Below, piece by piece: positions 21,503 through 29,284 of a DNA stretch of 64,000 nt. The stretch covers positions 3,671 to 67,670 of the forward strand of contig JBJEJI010000076.1 of the NCBI GenBank assembly GCA_051877895.1. The letters run 5' to 3'. Below the pieces are notes generated by a model that worked only from the letters and a program-made list of their open reading frames with translations, ran no database searches and was not told the origin of the DNA. Positions within the stretch are counted from its first letter, which is position 1, and the number at the start of each line of letters is the position of its first letter. The DNA is from Lachnospiraceae bacterium. Lineage in GTDB: Bacteria; Bacillota; Clostridia; Lachnospirales; Lachnospiraceae. The position numbers and the translations under genes are program-made.

Positions 21503-23791
21503 TTATCTGCCTGCTTTTTCCCTCAGCTCACGACGCTTGATTTTACCGCTTACTGTTTTAGGAAGTTCATCTACAAATTCTACAATACGTGGATATTTGT
21601 ATGGTGCAGTATGGGTTTTAACATAGGTCTGAATTTCTTTTTTAAGTTCTTCCGACGGTTCTTTGCCGCCTACAAGAACGATGGTTGCTTTAACAATCTG
21701 CCCTCTCACTTCATCAGGAACTGCAGTAATGGCACATTCCAGAACATAAGGTAGCTCCATAATAACGGACTCAATTTCAAATGGTCCGATTCTGTAGCCG
21801 GAGGACTTGATAACATCATCAATTCGTCCAACAAAGCGTATGCAGCCCTCTTCATCAAACCAAGCCTGATCACCGGTATGATAATAACCATCATGCCATA
21901 CCGATGCAGTTTTTTCTTCGTTATTGTAGTATCCGTTAAAAAGACCTATTGCATAGCCGTCTCTGTCTGCCTTTACACAGATTTCGCCTGTTTCACCTGT
22001 CTTACACTCATTTCCTTCTTCATCCAGAATGTGAATGTCATAAAGCGGATTCGGTCTGCCCATGGAGCCAACCTTTGGAGGATTTCCAATAAAGTTACCT
22101 ACCAGCACTGCAGTTTCTGTCTGGCCGTAGCCCTCCATAATCCCCAGATTTGTTGCATCCATGAAACGGTCATATACTTCAGGATTAAGTGCTTCACCTG
22201 CCGTGGAAACATGTTCCAGACCGGATAAATCATAATGGCTTAAATCCTGCTTGATTAACATACGATAAATAGTTGTTGGTGTACACAGAGTTGTGATGCC
22301 ATACTTGGCAAACATAGGCATCAAATCCTCAGCATGAAATCTTTCATAATCATAGGCAAAGAGACCTGCCTCGCACATCCATGGCCCGTAGAGCTTGCCC
22401 CACAGAGACATAATCCAGCCTGTATCTGAAATGGTAAAATGCAGACCATCAGGATTTACGCTAAACCAGTACTTTGCTGTAATATAACTTGCAAGAGGAT
22501 AGGTGTGTGCATGTACTGCAATATTCGGATATCCAGTTGTTCCGGAAGTAAACATCATAAGCATAGGATCATTTCCGCACGGAGTGTCAGGCTTTCTGTC
22601 ATAAACATCATTATGAAGAATCATTTCTCCGTTAAAATCATGCCAGCCTTCACGCTGTTCTCCTACCAGAACTTTAATCATATCCGGAAATTCCCTGCAT
22701 GCCAGTTCGGCCTGATGTGCTATGTCACCGGATGAAGTGATTACGATTGCCTTAATGCCTGCCGCCTTATATCTATAGGTAAGGTCATGTTCCAGAAGCT
22801 GATTTACAGCAGGAATTGCTATGGCTCCCATTTTATGGAGTGCAAGCATGGTAAACCAGTATTGATACTGTTTTTTCAAAATAACAAGAACCCTGTCTCC
22901 CTTTTTAATTCCGATGGATTCAAAATAATTTGCAGTCATGTTGGAATACTTCTTCATATCTGCGAAGGTAAAGGCATGGTCATTTTTCTTCTCGCCTACC
23001 CACATCAGAGCAGTTTTATTCGGACATTTATCTGCCAGCTTATCAACGATGTCAAAAGCAAAATTGAACTTTTCAGTGTTTTTAAAAGTAACCTTTTTCA
23101 GTGCACCCTTTTCATCATCTTCAGTTTCAATATACTTATCGGATACAGTAGCCTTCTTTCTTTCAGCCTTGTACTGCTCAATATTGGTTTCATGGACAAC
23201 ATAGGAATTATCATCCGGCGTCGGTTTGATTACAATGGCATAAATTACACAGTCTTTTCCATCCAGTGCACGATTGGAGTGAGGAATGCCGGAATTATAA
23301 TAAATAGTATCTCCCGGAGAAAGAATCTCGACCTTGTCACCAAGCTGAATCATCATACGGCCTTTTACAACAATATCAATCTCATGTCCTTTGTGGGAAG
23401 AAAAATGAACTTCTTCGTCATCTGTATACGGAATGGTAACATAAAACGGCTCTGCAAGCTTATTTTTAAAATCCGGAGCAAGGTTTAGATACTCAAAACC
23501 TGTTCTTCTTGTAATGGGAAGTCCCTCACCTTTACGGGTTACGGTATAGAGAGAAAGTGTTGCACTCTCCCCTTCCAAAAGGTCTTTAATGTCCACACCA
23601 AAAACATTGGCACATTTAAAAATAAAAGTAAAATTAAAATCGGACTGTCCCTGTTCGAGAATGTGGTATTCTTCCTCCGTCACACCTGTTTTTTCCGCCA
23701 TCTGTGCTTCAGTAAGCCCCGCAATTTCTCTGGCAGCCTTAATTCGGGTTGCGATTTCCAGTAATTCTTTGTCAACAATCTTCTTATTCAT
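21503..23791 (-). CDS. fusion protein: XRE-family HTH + cupin domain + AMP-forming acyl-CoA synthetase (adenylate-forming enzyme)
   Basis: Single 762-aa ORF. Residues 1-70 form an HTH_3-like domain (ATRIKAAREIAGLTEAQMAEKTGVTEEEY). Residues ~110-190 form a cupin (GHEIDIVVKG...GDTIYYNSGIPH). Residues ~235-762 form an ANL enzyme (TSGTTGYP, YGQTE, GYYHTGD, SGKIKR). There is no internal Met between the domains. Confidence 0.85.
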   Translation of the reverse strand: MNKKIVDKELLEIATRIKAAREIAGLTEAQMAEKTGVTEEEYHILEQGQSDFNFTFIFKCANVFGVDIKDLLEGESATLSLYTVTRKGEGLPITRRTGFEYLNLAPDFKNKLAEPFYVTIPYTDDEEVHFSSHKGHEIDIVVKGRMMIQLGDKVEILSPGDTIYYNSGIPHSNRALDGKDCVIYAIVIKPTPDDNSYVVHETNIEQYKAERKKATVSDKYIETEDDEKGALKKVTFKNTEKFNFAFDIVDKLADKCPNKTALMWVGEKKNDHAFTFADMKKYSNMTANYFESIGIKKGDRVLVILKKQYQYWFTMLALHKMGAIAIPAVNQLLEHDLTYRYKAAGIKAIVITSSGDIAHQAELACREFPDMIKVLVGEQREGWHDFNGEMILHNDVYDRKPDTPCGNDPMLMMFTSGTTGYPNIAVHAHTYPLASYITAKYWFSVNPDGLHFTISDTGWIMSLWGKLYGPWMCEAGLFAYDYERFHAEDLMPMFAKYGITTLCTPTTIYRMLIKQDLSHYDLSGLEHVSTAGEALNPEVYDRFMDATNLGIMEGYGQTETAVLVGNFIGNPPKVGSMGRPNPLYDIHILDEEGNECKTGETGEICVKADRDGYAIGLFNGYYNNEEKTASVWHDGYYHTGDQAWFDEEGCIRFVGRIDDVIKSSGYRIGPFEIESVIMELPYVLECAITAVPDEVRGQIVKATIVLVGGKEPSEELKKEIQTYVKTHTAPYKYPRIVEFVDELPKTVSGKIKRRELREKAGR

Positions 23792-23859
23792 TACAACCTC
23801 CGGGTAAATTCATATATCTGCATTCTGTTCTTTTTAACCAACTATCAGTTTCTAAATCT

Positions 23860-24102
23860 CCGTAGTGAAAGTATCAGAAAGCTCGTAAGCTTCGCTTTAC
23901 TTCTCGCTTCGCGAATATCCGGGAAAGCTTCGCTTTACTTCTCGCTTCGCGAATATCCGGGAAAGCTTCGCTTTCCACGTAGTAACGCAACCTCGTAAGC
24001 TTCGCTTACTCGGTCGCGTTACTACGTGGGAACAGTTACAAACTCTTTCAGGAATAAATTCCTGACGAGTTTTTAACTGTTCCCACTACGGATATTCGCG
24101 AA
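23860..24102. repeat. composite block of tandem and nested inverted repeats (REP/MITE-like, non-coding)
   Basis: Two full 38-bp units agcttcgctttacttctcgcttcgcgaatatccgggaa at 23888-23925 and 23926-23963, plus a partial third. Inverted repeats: ccacgtagtaacgc/gcgttactacgtgg (23975/24015), gaacagttacaaactc.../...gagtttttaactgttc (24030-24082), ccgtagtg/cactacgg (23860/24084) and ttcgcgaatatcc/ggatattcgcgaa. Confidence 0.85.
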
Positions 24103-24360
24103 AAAAAACGCCCCAAGCATACAATTTATTGTATGCTTGAGACGAACATAATCCGCGGTACCACTCAACTTGCACTTTCGTGCCTCTTAACGAACTCCAA
24201 CAAGTCCTTTGCTTTTACGCAGCAAGTACGGGAAACGTCTACTGGCATTTCTGCGTTGGGGTTTCCGGCTCAGAAGGGATGGGCTTGTTGAACAGCCTGC
24301 TGTCGGTTCACACCATCCACCGACTCTCTGAAAACACTTTATTCAGCCTTCTTCGTCACA
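24101..24360 (-). promoter_or_regulatory. T-box leader (tRNA-sensing transcription attenuator)
   Basis: The minus strand carries the stem I elements CAGAGAGUCGGUGG...GGUGUGAACCGA (24318-24330 region). The conserved T-box sequence GAGUGGUACCGCGG is at 24153-24166. The terminator cucaagcauacaau-aaa-uuguaugcuugggg plus U8 is at 24101-24141. Confidence 0.8.
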
Positions 24361-24407
24361 GCCTTTATTATCTATTAAATTTTAAATATTTTTTTCTGCT
24401 GTCTATC

Positions 24408-24436
24408 AATATAGCACATTTAACAATTCAGGTCAA
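24408..24436 (-). promoter_or_regulatory. promoter of the T-box leader (TTGACC-17-TGcTATATT)
   Basis: Minus strand reads cttgacctgaattgttaaatgtgctatatt. Confidence 0.55.
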
Positions 24437-24498
24437 GACGATATTTTATTCGCCAACGAATTGTAATCGTTCCGCTATCTTTATGAATAAATTGCATT

Positions 24499-25167
24499 TT
24501 ATTTCTGAGCCCTTATAAGTCCATCCTCAATTCTGATAATTCTGTTCGCCCTCTCTGCAACTTTTGGGTCATGTGTAATAAGAATTATCGTCTTTTCCAT
24601 TTCATTTATCCGGTCAAAAATATCCATAATTTCCTGCCCGGTTCCACTGTCTAATGCACCTGTTGGCTCATCTGCCAGTATTAGCTCGTTTCCGGAAGCG
24701 AGAGCTCTGGCTATTGCACAACGTTGCTGCTGACCTCCCGAAATATGTATGGGAAGCTTTTTTGCGAGATCGGAAATACCGGTCAGTTCCAGTTTTTCCT
24801 CTACAATCCTTTTTCGTTCCCTTGACGACAATCCTTTAGAAAGAAGAGGCATTTCCACATTTTCAAACACTGTATAATACTTCATAAGTGCAAAATTCTG
24901 AAATATAAAACTGACATGATTTTTTCTGAATTCATGAAGCTGATTTTCCTTCAGCTGATCCACTCTTATGTCATTGTAATAATATTCACCGGCGGTTGCC
25001 CTGTCCATTCCGCCCAGGATATGTAGCAAAGTTGATTTACCTGAGCCGGATGCACCCATAACTGCTATGTATTCTCCGTTTTCAATCTTTAAATCCACCC
25101 CTTTTAAGGCTTCCGTTTTTACTCCATCATTATCGTAAATCTTTACTATTTTTTTAACTTCTAACAT
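24499..25167 (-). CDS. ABC transporter ATP-binding protein (MacB/LolD/FtsE-like), module 1
   Basis: The ORF track gives 24499-25263. I prefer M33 (MLEVKKIV...), which makes a TAATG overlap with the upstream permease. Walker A GASGSGKST, signature SGGQQQR, Walker B ILADEPT. Confidence 0.92.
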   Translation of the reverse strand: MLEVKKIVKIYDNDGVKTEALKGVDLKIENGEYIAVMGASGSGKSTLLHILGGMDRATAGEYYYNDIRVDQLKENQLHEFRKNHVSFIFQNFALMKYYTVFENVEMPLLSKGLSSRERKRIVEEKLELTGISDLAKKLPIHISGGQQQRCAIARALASGNELILADEPTGALDSGTGQEIMDIFDRINEMEKTIILITHDPKVAERANRIIRIEDGLIRAQK

Positions 25168-26450
25168 TATTCTGTTTCTCCTGCAAGCATAGTTGTAACC
25201 GGTGTTTTTTTCAGAATCATTAACGGAATTAACGATGATATAATTATCATCACTATTCCACATACTATCATAACCGGAACAGACACACCCAAATATATGC
25301 TTTTTGCCAAAGCATCTGTTTCCACATCAACAGCTTCCTGTCTTAACAGGAACAACAATACCGCTCCCGCCACAGGCAGGGCTGCTATGGTTCTAATACT
25401 GTTCTGAAACCAAAAAGCATATACCAAATCCTTTTTTGTCGCTCCACTGGACAGCCATACCCCAAAATCTCTCGTATGCGACAACAGAGTGATTGTCTGA
25501 CTACAAATCACCATAACCAATGCTGATATTCCCAACAACATACTGAGTTCTGCAAAGGAATCAGCAACTTTACTGTCGTTTTTTTCGGCCTTACTTACTA
25601 TTGCATCCATACTGTATACAGAAATATCTGCGGAATATTGTTCTGCGAGAGTATAGAAGTTTTTTACCACTTCATCATATTTTCCTTTTTCACAGACAAA
25701 CATTCCGTCCTGTTTACCCGAATCCACAACAATAACAGAGTACTCCGGCATATAAAATCCTACACTGTCAGATGTTTTTTGAAGCAGTACTCTTTCATCC
25801 ATCATTCTGGTTGAAGAAGAGTAAAACCCGGCAATTAAATATTCTGCCAAAACATTACCTTCCCGGTCATAAGAATAATACTGCTCTCCCATTGTGACTG
25901 CATCCTTAAACTCTTCTGAAAGATACAAAAGCCATGTTCTTTCATTTATATCATATTCTGTAGGAGCTTTTCCCTCCTGAAGGTCTATATTCATTGCCTG
26001 CCATATACCGGCACCAACAATTGTCGTCTGAAAACATCCTTCATATTCATTTTCATATTCCTGATCCGTGATTCCTTTAAAATGTCCCTTCTGAAGATTT
26101 CCTAAAAATGCCAGGTCTTTAACGAAAAAAAACTGATTACTTTCCATTGTTCCGATTCCCATGACCCCATTTACATTATTCAAGGCATCAACAAATTCAT
26201 CATACCGGTCTGTGTCCTCTACAAGAATTGTTCCAATCTGTTCTGCCGAAACCTTTAATCCCGTTTCTGCTCTCTTTCGATAATCATTTAATGAATATTG
26301 AGTGTATGCTAAATATCCAATTAAAAACATGGTTACCGCCAACAGGAAAATACTGAGTACAAATCCTTTTCCCTCATGAACACACAAATCACGGGCAATA
26401 CGAAATTTAACTCGATTTTTCACTTTATTCCTCCGAAGCTTAATACTCAA
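25167..26450 (-). CDS. FtsX/MacB-type ABC permease (4-TM, large extracytoplasmic domain), module 1 permease B
   Basis: 427 aa with an N-terminal TM, a ~240-aa loop and three C-terminal TMs. Confidence 0.8.
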   Translation of the reverse strand: MSIKLRRNKVKNRVKFRIARDLCVHEGKGFVLSIFLLAVTMFLIGYLAYTQYSLNDYRKRAETGLKVSAEQIGTILVEDTDRYDEFVDALNNVNGVMGIGTMESNQFFFVKDLAFLGNLQKGHFKGITDQEYENEYEGCFQTTIVGAGIWQAMNIDLQEGKAPTEYDINERTWLLYLSEEFKDAVTMGEQYYSYDREGNVLAEYLIAGFYSSSTRMMDERVLLQKTSDSVGFYMPEYSVIVVDSGKQDGMFVCEKGKYDEVVKNFYTLAEQYSADISVYSMDAIVSKAEKNDSKVADSFAELSMLLGISALVMVICSQTITLLSHTRDFGVWLSSGATKKDLVYAFWFQNSIRTIAALPVAGAVLLFLLRQEAVDVETDALAKSIYLGVSVPVMIVCGIVMIIISSLIPLMILKKTPVTTMLAGETE

Positions 26451-27576
26451 GTTTCACATCATCTGCTATTCCGGTGTAAAATCTCCGCATGAGAGAAATT
26501 GCCAGAACCAAAGCACATACAACAAACAATATAGCCAATGCACCCAGTCCATATAGAAATACTGTTGGGAAATAATACCCCTTCCACCAGACATACACAA
26601 TTATTTCAAACACCCATGCACAGAATGCACCGCAAAGCAACACTATGGCCACCTCTTTAAACATTTCTACGAAAATGCCGGAACGGCTACGTCCGAAAGC
26701 CCTGCATATTGCAATATCTCTTCTTTTTCTTTTTGTATAGAGTTCCAGGACACGAATCAGATTCAGTACACAGAAAAAGAAGGCTGATATATAAATTACA
26801 ATTTTTATTGATTCAATACCGGAAATCTCAACATCATTGTTGTCTTCAGTCTCAGTTATTTTCTCAATGCTTAATAAAGACAGGCTGTCTGCTGTCTGTT
26901 CTAAAAACAATTCATCTTTTTTTACTTCATGATTATTACTGCCCAGACAAATAACCAGCGACTCATCTTCTGCTCCGGAATCATATTTTTGATACAAAAT
27001 GACATCCAGGATTTCCTTTTGAGACTGTCCGGACAATGTGTCATAGGAAAGAAGAAACATTTCATTTTCTTCTATTCCTTTTGTTTCCATGATTCCGAGA
27101 ACCGGAAGCTCATCCAGAAAAACTTTGATGATATTGTCTTCCTTTATGTAATCACTATATGCATTTCCTACGTATACGCCTGTTTTATCAAAATCATAGT
27201 CACCACTTTGGAGAGGATATGGCACCGGTTCGTTAAAAGCCAGATAAACCTGAAACTGCTCTTTACCGCCTCCATTGACTTGTCCCGGAATCTGACATAC
27301 AAAAACATTGGATTCCGATTTTTCCGTAGCTTCAAAAAGACTGCCTAATTCTTTTTCGACTGCATTACGACTGTCCTCCTTAATGTCCTCGGTAACATTA
27401 AAGTTTACTTTATAGTACGAATGATAAATATAGGTTTCCCCGGCGTCTGTTTCCATTTTCGCCTTGGAAAACCTATTCATAATACCGACTATATTCATGC
27501 AGATAAGCATAAATACTACAGTTGTAATAAACAATAAAAACTGTGGGAGAATATCTCTCTTTATTCTTCGCAACAT
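26440..27576 (-). CDS. FtsX/MacB-type ABC permease, module 1 permease A
   Basis: The ORF track gives 26440-27594 (TTG). ATG at 27576 (MLRRIKRDIL...) is preferred, but the start is uncertain. Same 1+3 TM topology. 11-nt overlap with the next permease. Confidence 0.78.
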   Translation of the reverse strand: MLRRIKRDILPQFLLFITTVVFMLICMNIVGIMNRFSKAKMETDAGETYIYHSYYKVNFNVTEDIKEDSRNAVEKELGSLFEATEKSESNVFVCQIPGQVNGGGKEQFQVYLAFNEPVPYPLQSGDYDFDKTGVYVGNAYSDYIKEDNIIKVFLDELPVLGIMETKGIEENEMFLLSYDTLSGQSQKEILDVILYQKYDSGAEDESLVICLGSNNHEVKKDELFLEQTADSLSLLSIEKITETEDNNDVEISGIESIKIVIYISAFFFCVLNLIRVLELYTKRKRRDIAICRAFGRSRSGIFVEMFKEVAIVLLCGAFCAWVFEIIVYVWWKGYYFPTVFLYGLGALAILFVVCALVLAISLMRRFYTGIADDVKLEY

Positions 27577-27640
27577 ATTTTTCCCTACCAACAATTTTTT
27601 CTATTAAACGGAGTGCCTTGGTTTAAAATATCATTGTATG

Positions 27641-28240
27641 TCAGCGGAATTCATTGTATGTATATCCATACTCGGGAACATTATAGATATCCCTTGTCAT
27701 GTGATCCATTTTGTAAACCTCTTCTTCGCTGACAGGTTCACCTTTTTCCATCTTTTCAAGTATTTTTTTATAAATGTTTCTGCGCTTTTCAAGAATGATA
27801 ATACATTTAGTATAACGTTCTACTTTATATTCATAGCTGTTTACATATCCGTCAGATTTGGATTCCTTTTTGTCTTTATCTGCAAGGGCTCTGTACTTTT
27901 TTCTGGATTTGCGATATTTGAAAATCACAAGAAAAAAGGGAATTCCAAAAAGAGGAGTTCCAATTAATATCATAATGGCAGTACCAACATCCGCAATTTT
28001 TCCGGGATAAAATAAATTAATATATATAGCCCCCACAACTAATAATAATATTATCACCGTTATTGCAATAACCATCAGATAAGTGGAGTTTCTCTCCGAC
28101 TTTGCTTTGTCATGATAGTTAACCAGACTGTCCCTTTCGCACCTCAGTTCCGAGATAAGCACGTCATATCGTTCAATTACTGCCCTTACTTTGCCCGAAT
28201 AACAGATGTACAGTTTTTCCGTTTCTGAAATTCCGTTCAT
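27641..28240 (-). CDS. hypothetical two-TM membrane protein, first large gene of ABC module 1
   Basis: 199 aa. Two central hydrophobic helices are flanked by charged, K/E/Y-rich segments. GGAGG RBS. I recognise no family. Confidence 0.65.
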   Translation of the reverse strand: MNGISETEKLYICYSGKVRAVIERYDVLISELRCERDSLVNYHDKAKSERNSTYLMVIAITVIILLLVVGAIYINLFYPGKIADVGTAIMILIGTPLFGIPFFLVIFKYRKSRKKYRALADKDKKESKSDGYVNSYEYKVERYTKCIIILEKRRNIYKKILEKMEKGEPVSEEEVYKMDHMTRDIYNVPEYGYTYNEFR

Positions 28241-28370
28241 TTATATCCTCCATGAACACTCATGACAGAAGTACAGAGTCTCCGGTTCTGTGTAAACCTG
28301 ACTGTTCATCTGTCATGTTGTTCGTAATACCCAAATTTATACAGCACTGTGTTTAATGAACCACACAGAC

Positions 28371-28463
28371 TTAGTCAAATTTTTCCGCATCCATACATAC
28401 AGATGTAATTGCAATTCCTGCTATGGAAACAATTGCTACAACAACCATAATCATTTTTTTCAT
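28371..28463 (-). CDS. 30-codon ORF encoding a hydrophobic peptide (MKKMIMVVVAIVSIAGIAITSVCMDAEKFD)
   Basis: My own translation; it is too short for the ORF track. GGAGGG lies 7 nt upstream of the ATG. It looks like a signal peptide or single TM helix followed by Cys and a 7-residue acidic tail. Confidence 0.45.
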   Translation of the reverse strand: MKKMIMVVVAIVSIAGIAITSVCMDAEKFD

Positions 28464-28530
28464 ACTTTCCCTCCATTCCGAAACCATTTCTGATTTTCTG
28501 TTTAAAATTATTTAAATATCACAAAGGTTT

Positions 28531-28562
28531 CCCCTGCCTAAGCAGAGGAAACCCTTGTGTTT
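28531..28562. terminator. hairpin downstream of the rubrerythrin gene (ggtttcccctgc-ctaa-gcagaggaaacc)
   Basis: Inverted repeat read directly. T-rich sequence is present on both sides. Confidence 0.45.
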
Positions 28563-28633
28563 TACATTTACTTGCAGCTGAGTTATTCGTGCATAAAATA
28601 AAAATACTTTAAGCCACGTTCATAAATTCTTTA

Positions 28634-29176
28634 TTAATAATTATCCGCTTTAACTTCAAAAAAGCTCTGTGGATGGTTGCATACCGGACATACTTCCGGT
28701 GCTTTAGTGCCTACAACCACATGTCCGCAGTTTCTGCACTCCCAAACCTGAACGCCGCTCTTTTCAAATACCTGCTTTGTTTCAATGTTTTTAAGAAGTG
28801 CACGATATCTTTCTTCATGCATCTTTTCAATTGCTGCTACGCCTCTGAACTGTGCAGCAAGCTCTAAAAAGCCTTCTTCTTCAGCTTCTCTTGCCATACG
28901 GTCATACATATCTGTCCACTCAAAGTTTTCACCTTCAGCAGCATGAAGAAGATTTTCTTCCGGAGTTCCCAGTTCTCCCAAGGCCTTGAACCAGAGTTTG
29001 GCATGTTCCTTTTCATTTTCAGCAGTTTTTAAGAAAAGGGCTGCTATCTGTTCATAGCCGGCTTTTTTCGCAACAGAAGCAAAATAAGTGTACTTATTTC
29101 TTGCCTGGGATTCACCTGCAAAAGCCTCCCAAAGATTTCTTTCCGTTTTTGTTCCTGCATATGGATTATTTGCCAT
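28634..29176 (-). CDS. rbr: rubrerythrin
   Basis: The ORF track gives 28634-29185 (GTG). ATG at 29176 ([12 protein letters not shown]...) follows GAGGTG. It has a ferritin-like diiron domain and a C-terminal rubredoxin motif CRNCGH...CPVCNHP. Confidence 0.93.
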   Translation of the reverse strand: MANNPYAGTKTERNLWEAFAGESQARNKYTYFASVAKKAGYEQIAALFLKTAENEKEHAKLWFKALGELGTPEENLLHAAEGENFEWTDMYDRMAREAEEEGFLELAAQFRGVAAIEKMHEERYRALLKNIETKQVFEKSGVQVWECRNCGHVVVGTKAPEVCPVCNHPQSFFEVKADNY

Positions 29177-29284
29177 AAATAACACCTCACTTGTTTATAT
29201 TTCTCCTGATTACCTCTTTGGAGATTTGCTTTTTTTAGTTTACCATAACTTACCCGAAAAATACAGATAATATAATAAATTTTC

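Noticed and set aside
23888-23976. CRISPR-like appearance of the 38-bp direct repeats. The 6545-6616 array was considered on the same grounds
   Set aside because: The units are contiguous with no spacers, no cas genes are nearby and there is no leader. These are tandem repeats, not CRISPR arrays.
24180-24518. 112-aa plus-strand ORF in the intergenic region
   Set aside because: It lies antisense to, and fully overlaps, the T-box leader. It has no RBS and a low-complexity translation. The RNA element explains the region.
28371-28463. Idea that the 30-aa peptide is an AgrD-like autoinducing peptide precursor (Cys followed by an acidic tail)
   Set aside because: No AgrB-type processing protease or AgrCA-type sensor is adjacent, and the peptide lacks the usual amphipathic leader and longer C-terminal recognition tail. 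It is kept only as a generic small-ORF finding.
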